NCBI GenBank assembly: GCA_036510065.1
Contig: DATCEO010000112.1
Coordinates: forward strand, 66,720 to 130,719
Source of the DNA: Streptosporangiaceae bacterium
GTDB lineage: Bacteria > Actinomycetota > Actinomycetes > Streptosporangiales > Streptosporangiaceae
DNA length: 64,000 nucleotides
Direction: 5' to 3'
Every line of letters begins with the position of its first letter. Positions within the stretch are counted from its first letter, which is position 1. The translations under genes and the position numbers were made by a program. Below, piece after piece: positions 19,203 to 27,934 of the stretch. The notes below the pieces were generated by a model. That model made no database searches. It had not been told where the DNA came from and was given only the letters and a program-made list of their open reading frames with translations.

Positions 19203-20095
19203 CGCTGGGTCTCCAGGGCAGGCTTGCGGGCGGGCGTGGCCGCGGCGGCCTGGCTCATGTAGGCCAGGACCAGGTCCTCCAGGCTGATCTCGTCCACGGT
19301 CCAGCCGGGATCCACAATCGGGCCGTCGGCGCGGACCAGCAGGGTGGTCTGCCGGTCGGTGTGACTGGCCGAGATGACCTGCCAGTCGGGCGGGAGCGTG
19401 GCCGGGTCGCGGCGGGCCCCGGTGAGCAGGCGGTGCTTGGCCAGCAGGTCCTCGACCTCGCCGGCCACCCGCACCCGGGAGGCGACCAGGACGATCAGGT
19501 AGTCGCAGACCCGCTCCAGGTCGGCGACCAGGTGCGACGACATCAGGACGCTGACCTCGTGCCCGGCGGTGAACTCCATCAGGCCCTGCAAGAACTCCCG
19601 GCGGGCCAGCGGGTCCAGGCTGGCGATCGGCTCGTCCAGGATCAGCAGCTCGGGCTGCTTGGCGATGGCCAGGGTCAGGGCCAGCTGGGCGCGCTCGCCG
19701 CCGGACAGCTTCCCGGCCCGCTGCGCGGGGTCCAGTCCCAGCTGCTCGATCCGGCCCCGGGCCAGCTCATCGTCCCAGCCGGGGTTCATCCAGGCCCCCA
19801 GCTTCAGGTGGTCAGCCACCGACAGGCCAGCGTAGGTGGGCGTGTCCTGGGCGACGAAGCCGACGCGGGCGAGCTGCGCCGGGCTGCTCGCCGGCTCGCC
19901 GCCGAGGGTCTCGATGCTGCCCGAGGTGGGCGCCAGCAGGCCGGTGGCCAGGTTCAGCAGCGTCGTCTTCCCGGCCCCGTTGGGGCCGACCAGGCCGACG
20001 ACGTGCCCGGCCGGGATGCTCAGCGTGCAGTCGGTCAGCGCCCAGCGCTTCCGGTACCGCTTGCCGAGGCCCCGGGCTTCGAGGATGGCGGTCAT
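19199..20095 (-). CDS. ABC transporter ATP-binding protein
   Basis: Walker A GPNGAGKTT, signature LSGGERAQL, Walker B LILDEPIASLD. Confidence 0.92.
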   Translation of the reverse strand: MTAILEARGLGKRYRKRWALTDCTLSIPAGHVVGLVGPNGAGKTTLLNLATGLLAPTSGSIETLGGEPASSPAQLARVGFVAQDTPTYAGLSVADHLKLGAWMNPGWDDELARGRIEQLGLDPAQRAGKLSGGERAQLALTLAIAKQPELLILDEPIASLDPLARREFLQGLMEFTAGHEVSVLMSSHLVADLERVCDYLIVLVASRVRVAGEVEDLLAKHRLLTGARRDPATLPPDWQVISASHTDRQTTLLVRADGPIVDPGWTVDEISLEDLVLAYMSQAAAATPARKPALETQR

Positions 20096-20484
20096 AGTGC
20101 TTTCTCCTTAGTGGTGGCCCGAAAGGTAGTCAGGAAGAGGGCCTCGATGCTTTCGTTGTCCATCCCGGCCCCGCGCGCCCCGGCGAGCCAGAGCTCCAGC
20201 TCGCGGCGCAACGGGCCGTGCGCGGCGAGCGAGGAGTCGGTCAGGGTCCGGGTAATGAACGTCCCCACGCCGGGCTTGGCCGCTGCCAGGCCCTCGTACT
20301 CCAGCTCCCGGTAGGCCTTGAGCACGGTGTTGGGATTGATCGCCAGCCGCGCCACCACGTCCTTGACCGTGGGGAGCTGGTCGCCCTCGCGCAGCAGGCC
20401 CAGCCGGAGTGCTTGCCGCACCTGGTGAATCAGCTGCAGGTACGGGGAGACGCCGGAGCGGCCGTCGAGGTGAAACTCGATCAA
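20092..20484 (-). CDS. GntR family transcriptional regulator (short YtrA-like subfamily)
   Basis: 130 aa with wHTH LPTVKDVVARLAINPNTVLKAYRELEYEGL. First gene of the GntR-ATPase-permease operon. Confidence 0.9.
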   Translation of the reverse strand: MIEFHLDGRSGVSPYLQLIHQVRQALRLGLLREGDQLPTVKDVVARLAINPNTVLKAYRELEYEGLAAAKPGVGTFITRTLTDSSLAAHGPLRRELELWLAGARGAGMDNESIEALFLTTFRATTKEKAL

Positions 20485-20499
20485 CGTTCCTCACTTCAT

Positions 20500-20511
20500 C
20501 TAGTTAACTAG
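20500..20511. promoter_or_regulatory. perfect 12-bp palindrome CTAGTTAACTAG, candidate GntR/YtrA operator
   Basis: Sits in an AT-rich patch 16 nt upstream of the GntR start codon. Function is inferred only. Confidence 0.35.
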
Positions 20512-20567
20512 CACAATAGCAGCTCAGTACTAATGGCGCATCAAGATTGGGATGCGGCCCTCGGCGC

Positions 20568-20649
20568 GGCCCACAATGGAACCGTTTTGGGCGTTAGCGG
20601 CCCACGCGCTGTCGCGTTAGCGCCCGGGACGGTTCGGATGTGGGTCGAT
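20568..20649. repeat. left 82-bp terminal inverted repeat of the mosaic island
   Basis: Reverse complement of 36653..36734: 70/82 identical ungapped, with the outer 26 nt identical (GGCCCACAATGGAACCGTTTTGGGCG). Confidence 0.8.
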
Positions 20650-20710
20650 CGCGGGCACATGGACGTGTAACGGCTTGGTCGCTCTGGGTGGGATGGCCGT
20701 GGTCGTCCCG

Positions 20711-22325
20711 TTACCGTGCGCCGGCCGGTTGAGTTCCTGACGGATGATGAGGCGGCGGCCTACGGCCGGTACGCGGCGAGCCCGTCCTTGATGCGATCGC
20801 GTGGATGCGCGAGCGGAAGATCCTGCTTCCTGGCGTGTCGCGGCTGGCACGGCTGGTCGCGCGGGTGCGCGATGACACGACGCACCGGCTGTGGGCTGAG
20901 CTGGAGGGGCTGCTGACTCCTGCCCAGCGGCGCGTGCTTGACCGCCTGCTGGAGGTCCCGCAGGGGAAGAGGGTGTCGGACCTGGAGCGATGGCGCAAGG
21001 GGCCGCCGCCGCGCGGCAGCGGCGCGGCGATCATCGCGGCCCTGGACCAGGTGGCGGAGATCCAGTCGCTCGGGCTGGCCAGCCTGGGCGCCGAGTCGGT
21101 GATGCCGCCGCGCCGGCTAGGCGATCTGGCCCGGTACGGGATGACCGCGGACGCCTGGCTGATCCGCCGGCACCCCGACGACCGGCGGCTCGCGACACTG
21201 CTCGCCACGGCCCGGCACCTGGAGGCCAAGTCCGTCGATGACGCCCTGGAGCTGCTGGACCTGCTGATGTCGGCCGAGCTGCTGAACAAGGCGCAGCGGG
21301 AAGCGGACAAGGACAAGGCCCGCAAGCACCCTCGGCTGGCCAGGGCGGCGGCCCGCCTCGCGGTGGCGGTGGAGGCGCTGTTCGGCTCCGACGGCTGGTG
21401 CGCCCCGGATGAGGAGCCGCGGGTGTCGCAGGTATGGGAGGCGATCGAGGCAGTCATCTCGCGCGCCGACCTGCGCTCCGTGCTTGCGGTGGTGAGCGAG
21501 ACCGTCCCGCCGCCCGGCGCCGAGGACCCCGACGACTGGCGGGCCGAGCTGCTCAGCCGGTACCAAACGGTGATCGGGTTCCTGAAGGTGCTGCCGGCCG
21601 TGATCTCGTTCGGCGCGACCGCCGAGGGCGCGCCGGTGCTGGCCGCGATGCGGGCACTGCCCGACGTGCTGGCTTACCGCAGCCGGCTGCCCGCCCCGCT
21701 GGTCCCCGGCCGCCTCAATCAAGGCCGGCGTGGTGACCGGCCCGTGGCGGCGGCTGGTGTTCGGCCACCCCGCGCACGAGGGCGGCGCGGTCAGCCGGCA
21801 TGCCTACGCCTTCTGCGTGCTGGAGCAGTTCTGGCGGGGCCTCAAGCGCCGCGACATCTACGCCGACGCCTCCACCCGGTGGCGCAACCCGCAGGCCCGG
21901 CTCCTGAAAGGCGAGGCGTGGACCGGAGCAGTACGAGCAGTTGCGGTCGTTCCCGGAGATCAGCAGGGATGAGTTGTTCCGGTACTTCACGTTGACGCCG
22001 GCGGATGCGGCGTTTGTGGATCCGGGCGCTGGGCGGGGGCCGGGTGATCGGCTTGGGATGGCAGTCCAGCTCGCGACGTTGCCGTGGCTGGGTTTTGTGC
22101 CCGACGGTGTGGCCTCGGCTCCACCGGCGGCGGTGGGCCGCCTGGCGGAGCGGCTGGGCTTGGATCCGGGGGCGCTGCGGGGGCATGGGAGGCGGGCGCA
22201 GACCCGCTCGGATCATCTGACCGCAGGGCAGGGAAGAACTCCATACCGCCCTGACCGAGATGGAGAACGCCCTGGCGGGCGCGCTGCCCGACGACACCGG
22301 GGTTGAGGAACCTGCGGACAGCACT
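20711..22325 (+). pseudogene. Tn3-family transposase, N-terminal fragments (frameshifted and rearranged)
   Basis: DUF4158-type start VRRPVEFLTDDEAAAYGRY. The reading continues in other frames (ILLPGVSRLARLVARVRDD..., RHAYAFCVLEQFWRGLKRRDIYADASTRW). A second DUF4158 fragment (FPEISRDELFRYFTLTPADAAFV...LGMAVQLATLPWLGFVPD) is inserted near 21925. There is no continuous ORF. Confidence 0.8.
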
Positions 22326-22382
22326 TATCGCTGAGAATGATCGTGGTTGTGGCTGGCGAAGAGTAGAGGGTTTGGGGGCAGG

Positions 22383-23291
22383 TCAGCGGCGGTCGCGGCG
22401 GCGTCTGGCGGCGCGGATCTCGGCGTCGGCGACCTCGTCGGTAAGCAGGGTGTAGAGCTGGGTGGTCTCGGTGGAGGGGTGGCCGAGGCGGCGGCGGACG
22501 ACTTCGATGGAAACGCAGGCGTTGATGAGTTCGATGGCGTGGGCGTGGCGGAGCTGGTGGATGTCGATCTCGACTCCGGCAGCTTCGCAGTAGCTCTCCC
22601 ATCGGTGGTGGACGGCGTCGTAGGACAGGGGACCTCCGTTGCCGTTGATGCTGGCGCGGAAGGCGGGGCCGAACCGGTACCCAGCACGGGTGAGGTAGAG
22701 CTTGAGGAGGGCGACGTAGCCGCGGTCGTCGAGGAGGACGGTGCGGACGGTGCCGCCCTTGCCGTGGATGCGGACGTGCTCGTCGTCTTGGCGGAGGTCG
22801 AAGTCTTCGAGGTCGAGGCTGCAGACTTCGGCGGCGCGTGCTCCGCAGACGTAGATCGTCTCGAACAGGACGCGGTCGCGGAGCCGGTCGAGGGGGACGT
22901 CTTTGCGCGGCCGTCTGCTGCAGATCTTGCCCAGGACCTTGGCGACGTCGTCGGCCGCGGCGGGCCTGGGCAGGGTCTTGGGCACCTTGATGGTGTCGAT
23001 CTTGTCCATGGGGTTGGTGTCGAGGCCGTCCTGGCGGACGGCCCAACGGCAGAAGGAGGAGACGGCGGCGCGTTTGCGCTTGCGGGTCGCGGCCGACAGT
23101 TCGCTGATGTCGGCGAGGAACGCGCGGATCGGGTCGGCGGTGAGGTCGGCGAGTTCGCCGTCGCAGTGGGCGGTGAACTGGAGGAGGTCGCCGCGGTAGG
23201 CGCGGACGGTGTGGGCGGAGGCGTTGGCGTTCTTCTGGTCGGTGAGGAAGTCGTCCAGGTGCCGGGCGAGCGGGTGGTCGCGGCCGAGCTG
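22383..23291 (-). CDS. tyrosine recombinase/integrase (XerC/D-like) with no canonical start for its N-terminal domain (probable pseudogene)
   Basis: Catalytic domain motifs: ARAAEVCSLD, HGKGGTVRTV, HQLRHAHA, LGHPSTETTQLY. The open frame extends up to the stop at 23292-23294 and encodes the core-binding domain (SAHTVRAYRGDLLQF). The first ATG/GTG/TTG in that frame is at 23009. Confidence 0.75.
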   Translation of the reverse strand, partial: QLGRDHPLARHLDDFLTDQKNANASAHTVRAYRGDLLQFTAHCDGELADLTADPIRAFLADISELSAATRKRKRAAVSSFCRWAVRQDGLDTNPMDKIDTIKVPKTLPRPAAADDVAKVLGKICSRRPRKDVPLDRLRDRVLFETIYVCGARAAEVCSLDLEDFDLRQDDEHVRIHGKGGTVRTVLLDDRGYVALLKLYLTRAGYRFGPAFRASINGNGGPLSYDAVHHRWESYCEAAGVEIDIHQLRHAHAIELINACVSIEVVRRRLGHPSTETTQLYTLLTDEVADAEIRAARRRRDRR

Positions 23292-23407
23292 TTATCTCGC
23301 AACCATTCTCGACTCTCTCAGCGCCTAGATCGAGTACTTCGGCGAGCCGCTTGCCGCCGAAGTCGTCGAGGAGCCGTTGTCCGACCCGCAGATGAACAGG
23401 CTCCGCG

Positions 23408-24145
23408 TCAGTATGGGGTGAGGACGTCGAACTCGTTGCCCTCGGGGTCGGCGAGGCACGTCCACGGCACGTCGCCCTGGCCGAGGTCGATGTCGGTGGC
23501 GCCGAGAGCCCGCAGCCGGGCCACCTCCGCCGCTTGATCGTCACCGGGGTACGGCCGGAGGTCGAGATGGACGCGGTTCTTCACGGTCTTCGCGTCGGGC
23601 GTGCGGAGGAACTCCAGATACGGGCCGACCCCCTTGGCGGAGCGCAGCACCGCATGATCGTCGGTCACCTCGTGCAGGGTCCAGTCCATCGCCTCGCCCC
23701 AGAACCGGGCCATGGCCCGCGGATCCGCGCAGTCGACCACCACCGCGGCCATCGGACCGGTGTCCCGGTAGATCGATCGGGGCTCCGCCACGCAGAACTC
23801 GTTGCCCTCCGGGTCGGCCAGGACCGTCCAGGGGACGTCGCCCTGGCCCACGTCGGCGGGCGTCGCGCCGAGATCCTGGAGGCGCGCGACCAGGTCCGCC
23901 TGATGGACGGCAGAGGTGGTGGCGAGGTCGATGTGCACGCGGTTCTTCACCGTCTTGGGTTCCGGGACGGCAATGACGTCGACGCAGACGGCGACCGGGT
24001 CGGGATAGACGAAGCCCTCGGGTTCGAGGTTGGTCACGCCGGGTTCCTCGCTGGAAACGCCCCAGCCGAGCACCTCCGCCCAGAACCGGCCGAGGGCGGA
24101 GTCATCCCGAGCATTCATCGCAATCTGAACAAGCCGCGTCGCCAT
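23408..24145 (-). CDS. VOC family protein with two tandem glyoxalase-like domains
   Basis: An internal duplication gives two halves: FWAEVLGW...KNRVHIDL...DVPWTVLADPEGNEFCV and FWGEAMDW...KNRVHLDL...DVPWTCLADPEGNEFDV. Confidence 0.8.
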   Translation of the reverse strand: MATRLVQIAMNARDDSALGRFWAEVLGWGVSSEEPGVTNLEPEGFVYPDPVAVCVDVIAVPEPKTVKNRVHIDLATTSAVHQADLVARLQDLGATPADVGQGDVPWTVLADPEGNEFCVAEPRSIYRDTGPMAAVVVDCADPRAMARFWGEAMDWTLHEVTDDHAVLRSAKGVGPYLEFLRTPDAKTVKNRVHLDLRPYPGDDQAAEVARLRALGATDIDLGQGDVPWTCLADPEGNEFDVLTPY

Positions 24146-24199
24146 GCCGCCGATCTTAAGCCCGCGTGAATGAACCGCGAGGAACCGCAGGCCTTCGGC

Positions 24200-24482
24200 T
24201 CAACCGGCGGTACCGGGCAGGTCGGGGACTTCGCCGAACTGCCGAAGGCCCCGGTCGGGTGCGGAGGCGGTGATGGCGTAGCGGCCCAGGGAAGTTGATG
24301 TGGGCGTGGCCGAGTGGACTGAGGCGGGCGACATCTTCGTCCTTGACCGGGACGCCCTCGGCGCGGAGCTGGTCGACGGCCCCTGACAGGTAGCGGGTGT
24401 TCCACAGCGCGACGGCGCTGACGACCAGGCCGACTTCTTCGGCCAGCTTGACCGGGACTGGCTGGGAAAGTTTCTCCGGCAC
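24200..24482 (-). pseudogene. Tn3-family transposase C-terminal fragment (frameshifted)
   Basis: LVVSAVALWNTRYLSGAVDQLRAEGVPVKDEDVARLSPLGHAHIN, then in another frame LGRYAITASAPDRGLRQF...*. Confidence 0.7.
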
Positions 24483-24483
24483 C

Positions 24484-24830
24484 GGATCGCGGATGAAAGG
24501 GTCCTGCGGCTGATCGGCAAGTGGCTGGCCGCAGGGGTCGTCGAGGACGGGACCTGGGCGGAGACTGACAGGGGATCACCGCAGGGGTCATCGGTTTCGC
24601 CGCTGCTCGCGAACGTGTACCTGCACTACGTCCTGGACCTGTGGGCCGACTGGTGGAGGCGCCGGCACGCGCACGGTGATGTGATCATCATCAGGTTCGC
24701 GGACGACTTCATCGTCGGGTTCGAGCACCGGCAGGACGCCGAGCGGTTCCGGGACGAGCTGGGCGGCAGGTTTGTCCGGCTCGGGTTGGAACTGCACCCG
24801 GCGGAAAACCGGCTCGAAACGGGCACGGGC
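24484..24830 (+). pseudogene. group II intron reverse transcriptase fragment (left part)
   Basis: SPQGSSVSPLLANVYLHYVLDLW...IIRFADDFIVGFEHRQDAERF...LELHPAENRL, including the RT domain 5 ADD motif. Lacks the N-terminus and is cut at 24830 by the nested transposon. Confidence 0.7.
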
Positions 24831-24878
24831 TGTGATCTTCAGAGCTTGATGGCGCGAAATCTTTCGCGCTAAATGGCG

Positions 24879-25775
24879 TTACATGACCCCGATAACGAGG
24901 GATTCGCGGGCGGCGTCGACGACTTCGCTGGTGACAGTGTTGAGTTGGTTGATGTCCATGATGCGGTGGATCTGAGCCATCAGCCGGGTTGTGAGGCGGA
25001 AGTTTCCGCTGGTCGCGCGCAGGATTGCAGCGCGGGCCTCGTTGGTGGTGAAGTCGGCCGCGTCGTCCAGGCCGAGGTGGGGCCAGCGGCGGGTGATGAC
25101 GAAGGTCTGCTCGTCGGCGGTGAGTGGCTGGTAGTGGTGGAGGAATCCGACGCGGCTGTAGAGCTGGGGGTAGCGGGCGAGGCGGCGTTCGATGCCAGGC
25201 ATGCCTATCAGGATGAGGCCGATACCGGTGCGGTCGTGGTGGTCGCGCAGCGCTTCCAGGCTGGGCATTTTGAGACGGTCGGCTTCGTCGACGATGAGCA
25301 GTTCGGCGAAGGGGCCACCGCGTGACGCAAGTTCGGTGGGGCCGCGGTCGGGGTGCAGGGTCTCCTCGATGCACCAGCTGAGCCTGTTGTGCAGGTCGGC
25401 GACTTCCTTGTCGACGACGCGAGGTGTGTTGTGGACCTTGGGCGTGTAAAAGACGGTCCGTGCCGCGATCGCGGACGCGGGGGCCTCGCCGTGCATGAAC
25501 GTGAAACGACGGACGGCTGGCTCTGTTTCTTTCCACTCGCTGTACTGGAGCGCTGACAAGGTCTTGCCCACACCCGGCGGCCCGTAGCACAGGCCGATGT
25601 AGCGGTCGCGGCGCACGGCGTCGCAGAACTCGGCGAAGCGGCGGTGCTGCTTGGTGACAATAAACTCAGTGTGGGGTTGCACGGGTGACTGTGCCTGTCC
25701 AGGTTCGGTGCTGTGCTCACCGGCCGGGTCCGGAGCGGTCACGGTGGGGGCCTGGCCGGTGTCCTGTGATGTCAT
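24879..25775 (-). CDS. tniB: TniB/TnsC-like AAA+ ATPase (transposition helper)
   Basis: Walker A GPPGVGKT and Walker B LLIVDEADRL. Lies immediately downstream of the DDE transposase gene. Confidence 0.85.
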   Translation of the reverse strand: MTSQDTGQAPTVTAPDPAGEHSTEPGQAQSPVQPHTEFIVTKQHRRFAEFCDAVRRDRYIGLCYGPPGVGKTLSALQYSEWKETEPAVRRFTFMHGEAPASAIAARTVFYTPKVHNTPRVVDKEVADLHNRLSWCIEETLHPDRGPTELASRGGPFAELLIVDEADRLKMPSLEALRDHHDRTGIGLILIGMPGIERRLARYPQLYSRVGFLHHYQPLTADEQTFVITRRWPHLGLDDAADFTTNEARAAILRATSGNFRLTTRLMAQIHRIMDINQLNTVTSEVVDAARESLVIGVM

Positions 25776-25784
25776 GCCGGAGGG

Positions 25785-27227
25785 TCAGTCCTCTCGGTAC
25801 AGCTTGAGGGTGCGCTGCGGGACGGGCGGCCTGCCGGGAGCGGCCGGCGCAGCGGGCGGCCCGGTGACTGTGCGTGCGGCCGGATCCTGGTAGCCGGGCT
25901 GGTGAACGGCCAGGAGCTGGTCGACGGCCTTGCTGCGGTCGCCGATGCTGCGCCGCAGCTCGCGGCGGCGGGCGTTGCGCGCGGCGGTGAGCGTCTTGAG
26001 CGCGACGGCTTGCCCGGCGAGTTCGGGGCAGATCACCCGGCACAGGAATGCGCCGTCGTGGAAGACCCGGATCTCGGCCAGGTCGCGGGGGTCGTAGCGG
26101 ATCAGGACGTGCTCGCCGACGTAGGCGGCCAGTACCGGGTCGAGGTAGCGCAGGCCCTGGAAGTGCACGCCGTCGGGATGGATCTTGCGGGGCTTGGCGA
26201 CGGTGAGCAGCAGCAGGTCCAGTTGCTCCAGCGAGTCGGGCATGCGAGGGAGGAACCCGCCGGCTGACCAGCGTCTGGCCGGGGCCTGGCGGGTTTCGCT
26301 GTGCACGCGATGGTTGTAGTCGCCGACCAGGAACCTCCCGATCGCGGCGTCGAGCTCGGCCAGGGTCAGCCGGGCCTGCCCGGCGCGGCCGGGTGTGCCT
26401 GGCGGGCCGTAGCCGGGCAGCGTGGACAGGCACATCTGGTTGACCGTGCTGAATAGCCGCTCGATCTTCCCGCGGCCGCGGGGCTGGCCCGGCAGGGAGA
26501 ACGCCAGCCGCATCTTGATGTCGGCGGCGACCTGCTCAAGGTGCGCCGAGGTGAAGTCGCTGCCGTGGTCGGTGTAGAAGACACCGGGAATGCCGCATAC
26601 CGGCCATCCGGGGTCGGGCTTGCGCCAGATCGCCTGGCGCAATGCCAGCGCGGTGTTGAAGGCTGATGGCGCCTCGAGGGTGACGGCGTAGCCGGCCACC
26701 GCCCGGGAGTGGTCATCTTCGATCGCGGTCAGCCATGGGCGCGCTGTCTGCTGGCCGGGGGTGAGGACCCAGATGTCGAGCTGGGTGTGGTCGGCCTGCC
26801 AGATCCCGTTGGGCGTGCTTGCCTGCCTGCGGTACACCAGGTCGAACACCGCCTGGTAGCGCTTGGTGCCCTCCAGCGCGAGCGTCCGCATGGCCGGGTC
26901 CATCCCGGCGATGACGGAGTACACCGCGCTGTAGGACGGGACTGGCCACCCCTGGGCGGTGGCCACGCCGGTGACCGTGCGGTGGATCGCTGCGGCGCTG
27001 GGAGCGGGCGGGCGCAGCGCCAGGCCCTCGATCAGCGCCACCAGGTCATCGGGCATCCGGCGGCCGCGGTCTGCGCGGGCGGTGCGGGCCAGCCCGGCGA
27101 TCCCGCCGGCGTGGTAGCGCCGCAGCCACCGCTGTGCGGTGCGCAACGGAACCGCGGCCTGGCGTGCGGCTTCGGCCAGGGTGACGCCGTCGTGCAGGTG
27201 CGGTGCCAGCACCGCATGCCGGCCCAT
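25785..27227 (-). CDS. tniA: TniA/TnsB/MuA-family DDE transposase
   Basis: N-terminal HTH (TLAEAARQAAVPLRTAQRWLRRY). DDE core: IWQADHTQLD, FYTDHGSDFTS, RGKIERLF. Mu-transposase-type C-terminal region. Start is uncertain; the ORF is open up to 27401, overlapping the resolvase gene. Confidence 0.85.
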   Translation of the reverse strand: MGRHAVLAPHLHDGVTLAEAARQAAVPLRTAQRWLRRYHAGGIAGLARTARADRGRRMPDDLVALIEGLALRPPAPSAAAIHRTVTGVATAQGWPVPSYSAVYSVIAGMDPAMRTLALEGTKRYQAVFDLVYRRQASTPNGIWQADHTQLDIWVLTPGQQTARPWLTAIEDDHSRAVAGYAVTLEAPSAFNTALALRQAIWRKPDPGWPVCGIPGVFYTDHGSDFTSAHLEQVAADIKMRLAFSLPGQPRGRGKIERLFSTVNQMCLSTLPGYGPPGTPGRAGQARLTLAELDAAIGRFLVGDYNHRVHSETRQAPARRWSAGGFLPRMPDSLEQLDLLLLTVAKPRKIHPDGVHFQGLRYLDPVLAAYVGEHVLIRYDPRDLAEIRVFHDGAFLCRVICPELAGQAVALKTLTAARNARRRELRRSIGDRSKAVDQLLAVHQPGYQDPAARTVTGPPAAPAAPGRPPVPQRTLKLYRED

Positions 27228-27288
27228 CGCCTGCCGGCGTTGCGCGGTGCTCAGCTCAGCCAGCCCGGGGACCGCCGCGGCGTCGTCG

Positions 27289-27867
27289 TTATCCGGCAGC
27301 CCTGGCGAGGTGCCGGTAGATCGTGGGGCGGGTGACGCCGAACTCCGCGGCGATCTCAGCGACCGTATAGCGCCGTTTCCCGTCTTCGCCGGTTTCCTCA
27401 TACATCTCCCGTGCCAGCCTGACCTGCCGCGTGCCCAGCTTTGGTTTCTGGCCCCCGGTTCGGCCGCGGGCGCGGGCGGCGGCCAGGCCGTCCATCGTCC
27501 GCTCCGACATCAGGGCGTGCTCGAACTCGGCGATCGAGCCCAGAATCTGGAAGAACATCCGCCCGACCGCGGTGGAGGTGTCGATGCCCTGGTCCAGCAC
27601 GACCAGGTCCACCTCCCGGGCCCGCAGGAACCTGGACAGCTCGATCAGGTGCTCCAGCGAGCGACCCAGCCGGTCGAGCTTGGTGATCACCAGCTGGTCA
27701 CCCGCCCGGTTGGCCGACAGCAGCGCCCGGTCTAGTTCCGGCCGGCGGGCCAGCTTTCCGGATGCCCTGTCGATGAACACCTCATCGCATCCCGCGGCCC
27801 GCAAGGCGTCGCGCTGCGCTTCGGGGTGCTGATCGCGAGTGGATACCCGCCCGTAGCCGATCCGCAT
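27289..27867 (-). CDS. serine recombinase (resolvase/invertase family)
   Basis: MRIGYGRVSTRDQ (catalytic Ser), VITKLDRLGRS, and a C-terminal HTH TVAEIAAEFGVTRPTIYRHL. Confidence 0.9.
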   Translation of the reverse strand: MRIGYGRVSTRDQHPEAQRDALRAAGCDEVFIDRASGKLARRPELDRALLSANRAGDQLVITKLDRLGRSLEHLIELSRFLRAREVDLVVLDQGIDTSTAVGRMFFQILGSIAEFEHALMSERTMDGLAAARARGRTGGQKPKLGTRQVRLAREMYEETGEDGKRRYTVAEIAAEFGVTRPTIYRHLARAAG

Positions 27868-27917
27868 ACCCTCACAGTATCGCGAACACCCGGGCGCGTG
27901 ACATTGCTGCGTACACG

Positions 27918-27934
27918 GCATGTGTTACACATGC
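27918..27934. promoter_or_regulatory. perfect 17-bp palindrome GCATGTGT-T-ACACATGC, candidate res/operator site
   Basis: Starts about 50 bp upstream of the resolvase start codon. Function is inferred. Confidence 0.3.

Noticed and set aside
24146-24199. A 38-48-bp Tn3-type terminal repeat downstream of the tnpA C-terminal fragment, related to the 82-bp island repeats.
   Set aside because: There is only patchy similarity (GCCC..AATG.AACCG) to the island repeat, not enough to call an end.
25785-27401. A full 538-aa TniA start at 27401, overlapping the resolvase gene by 113 nt.
   Set aside because: The first 58 codons are Ser/Pro/Arg-rich and lie within the resolvase coding region in another frame. 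ATG 27227 (MGRHAVLAPHL...), just before the HTH, is more plausible, though not proven.
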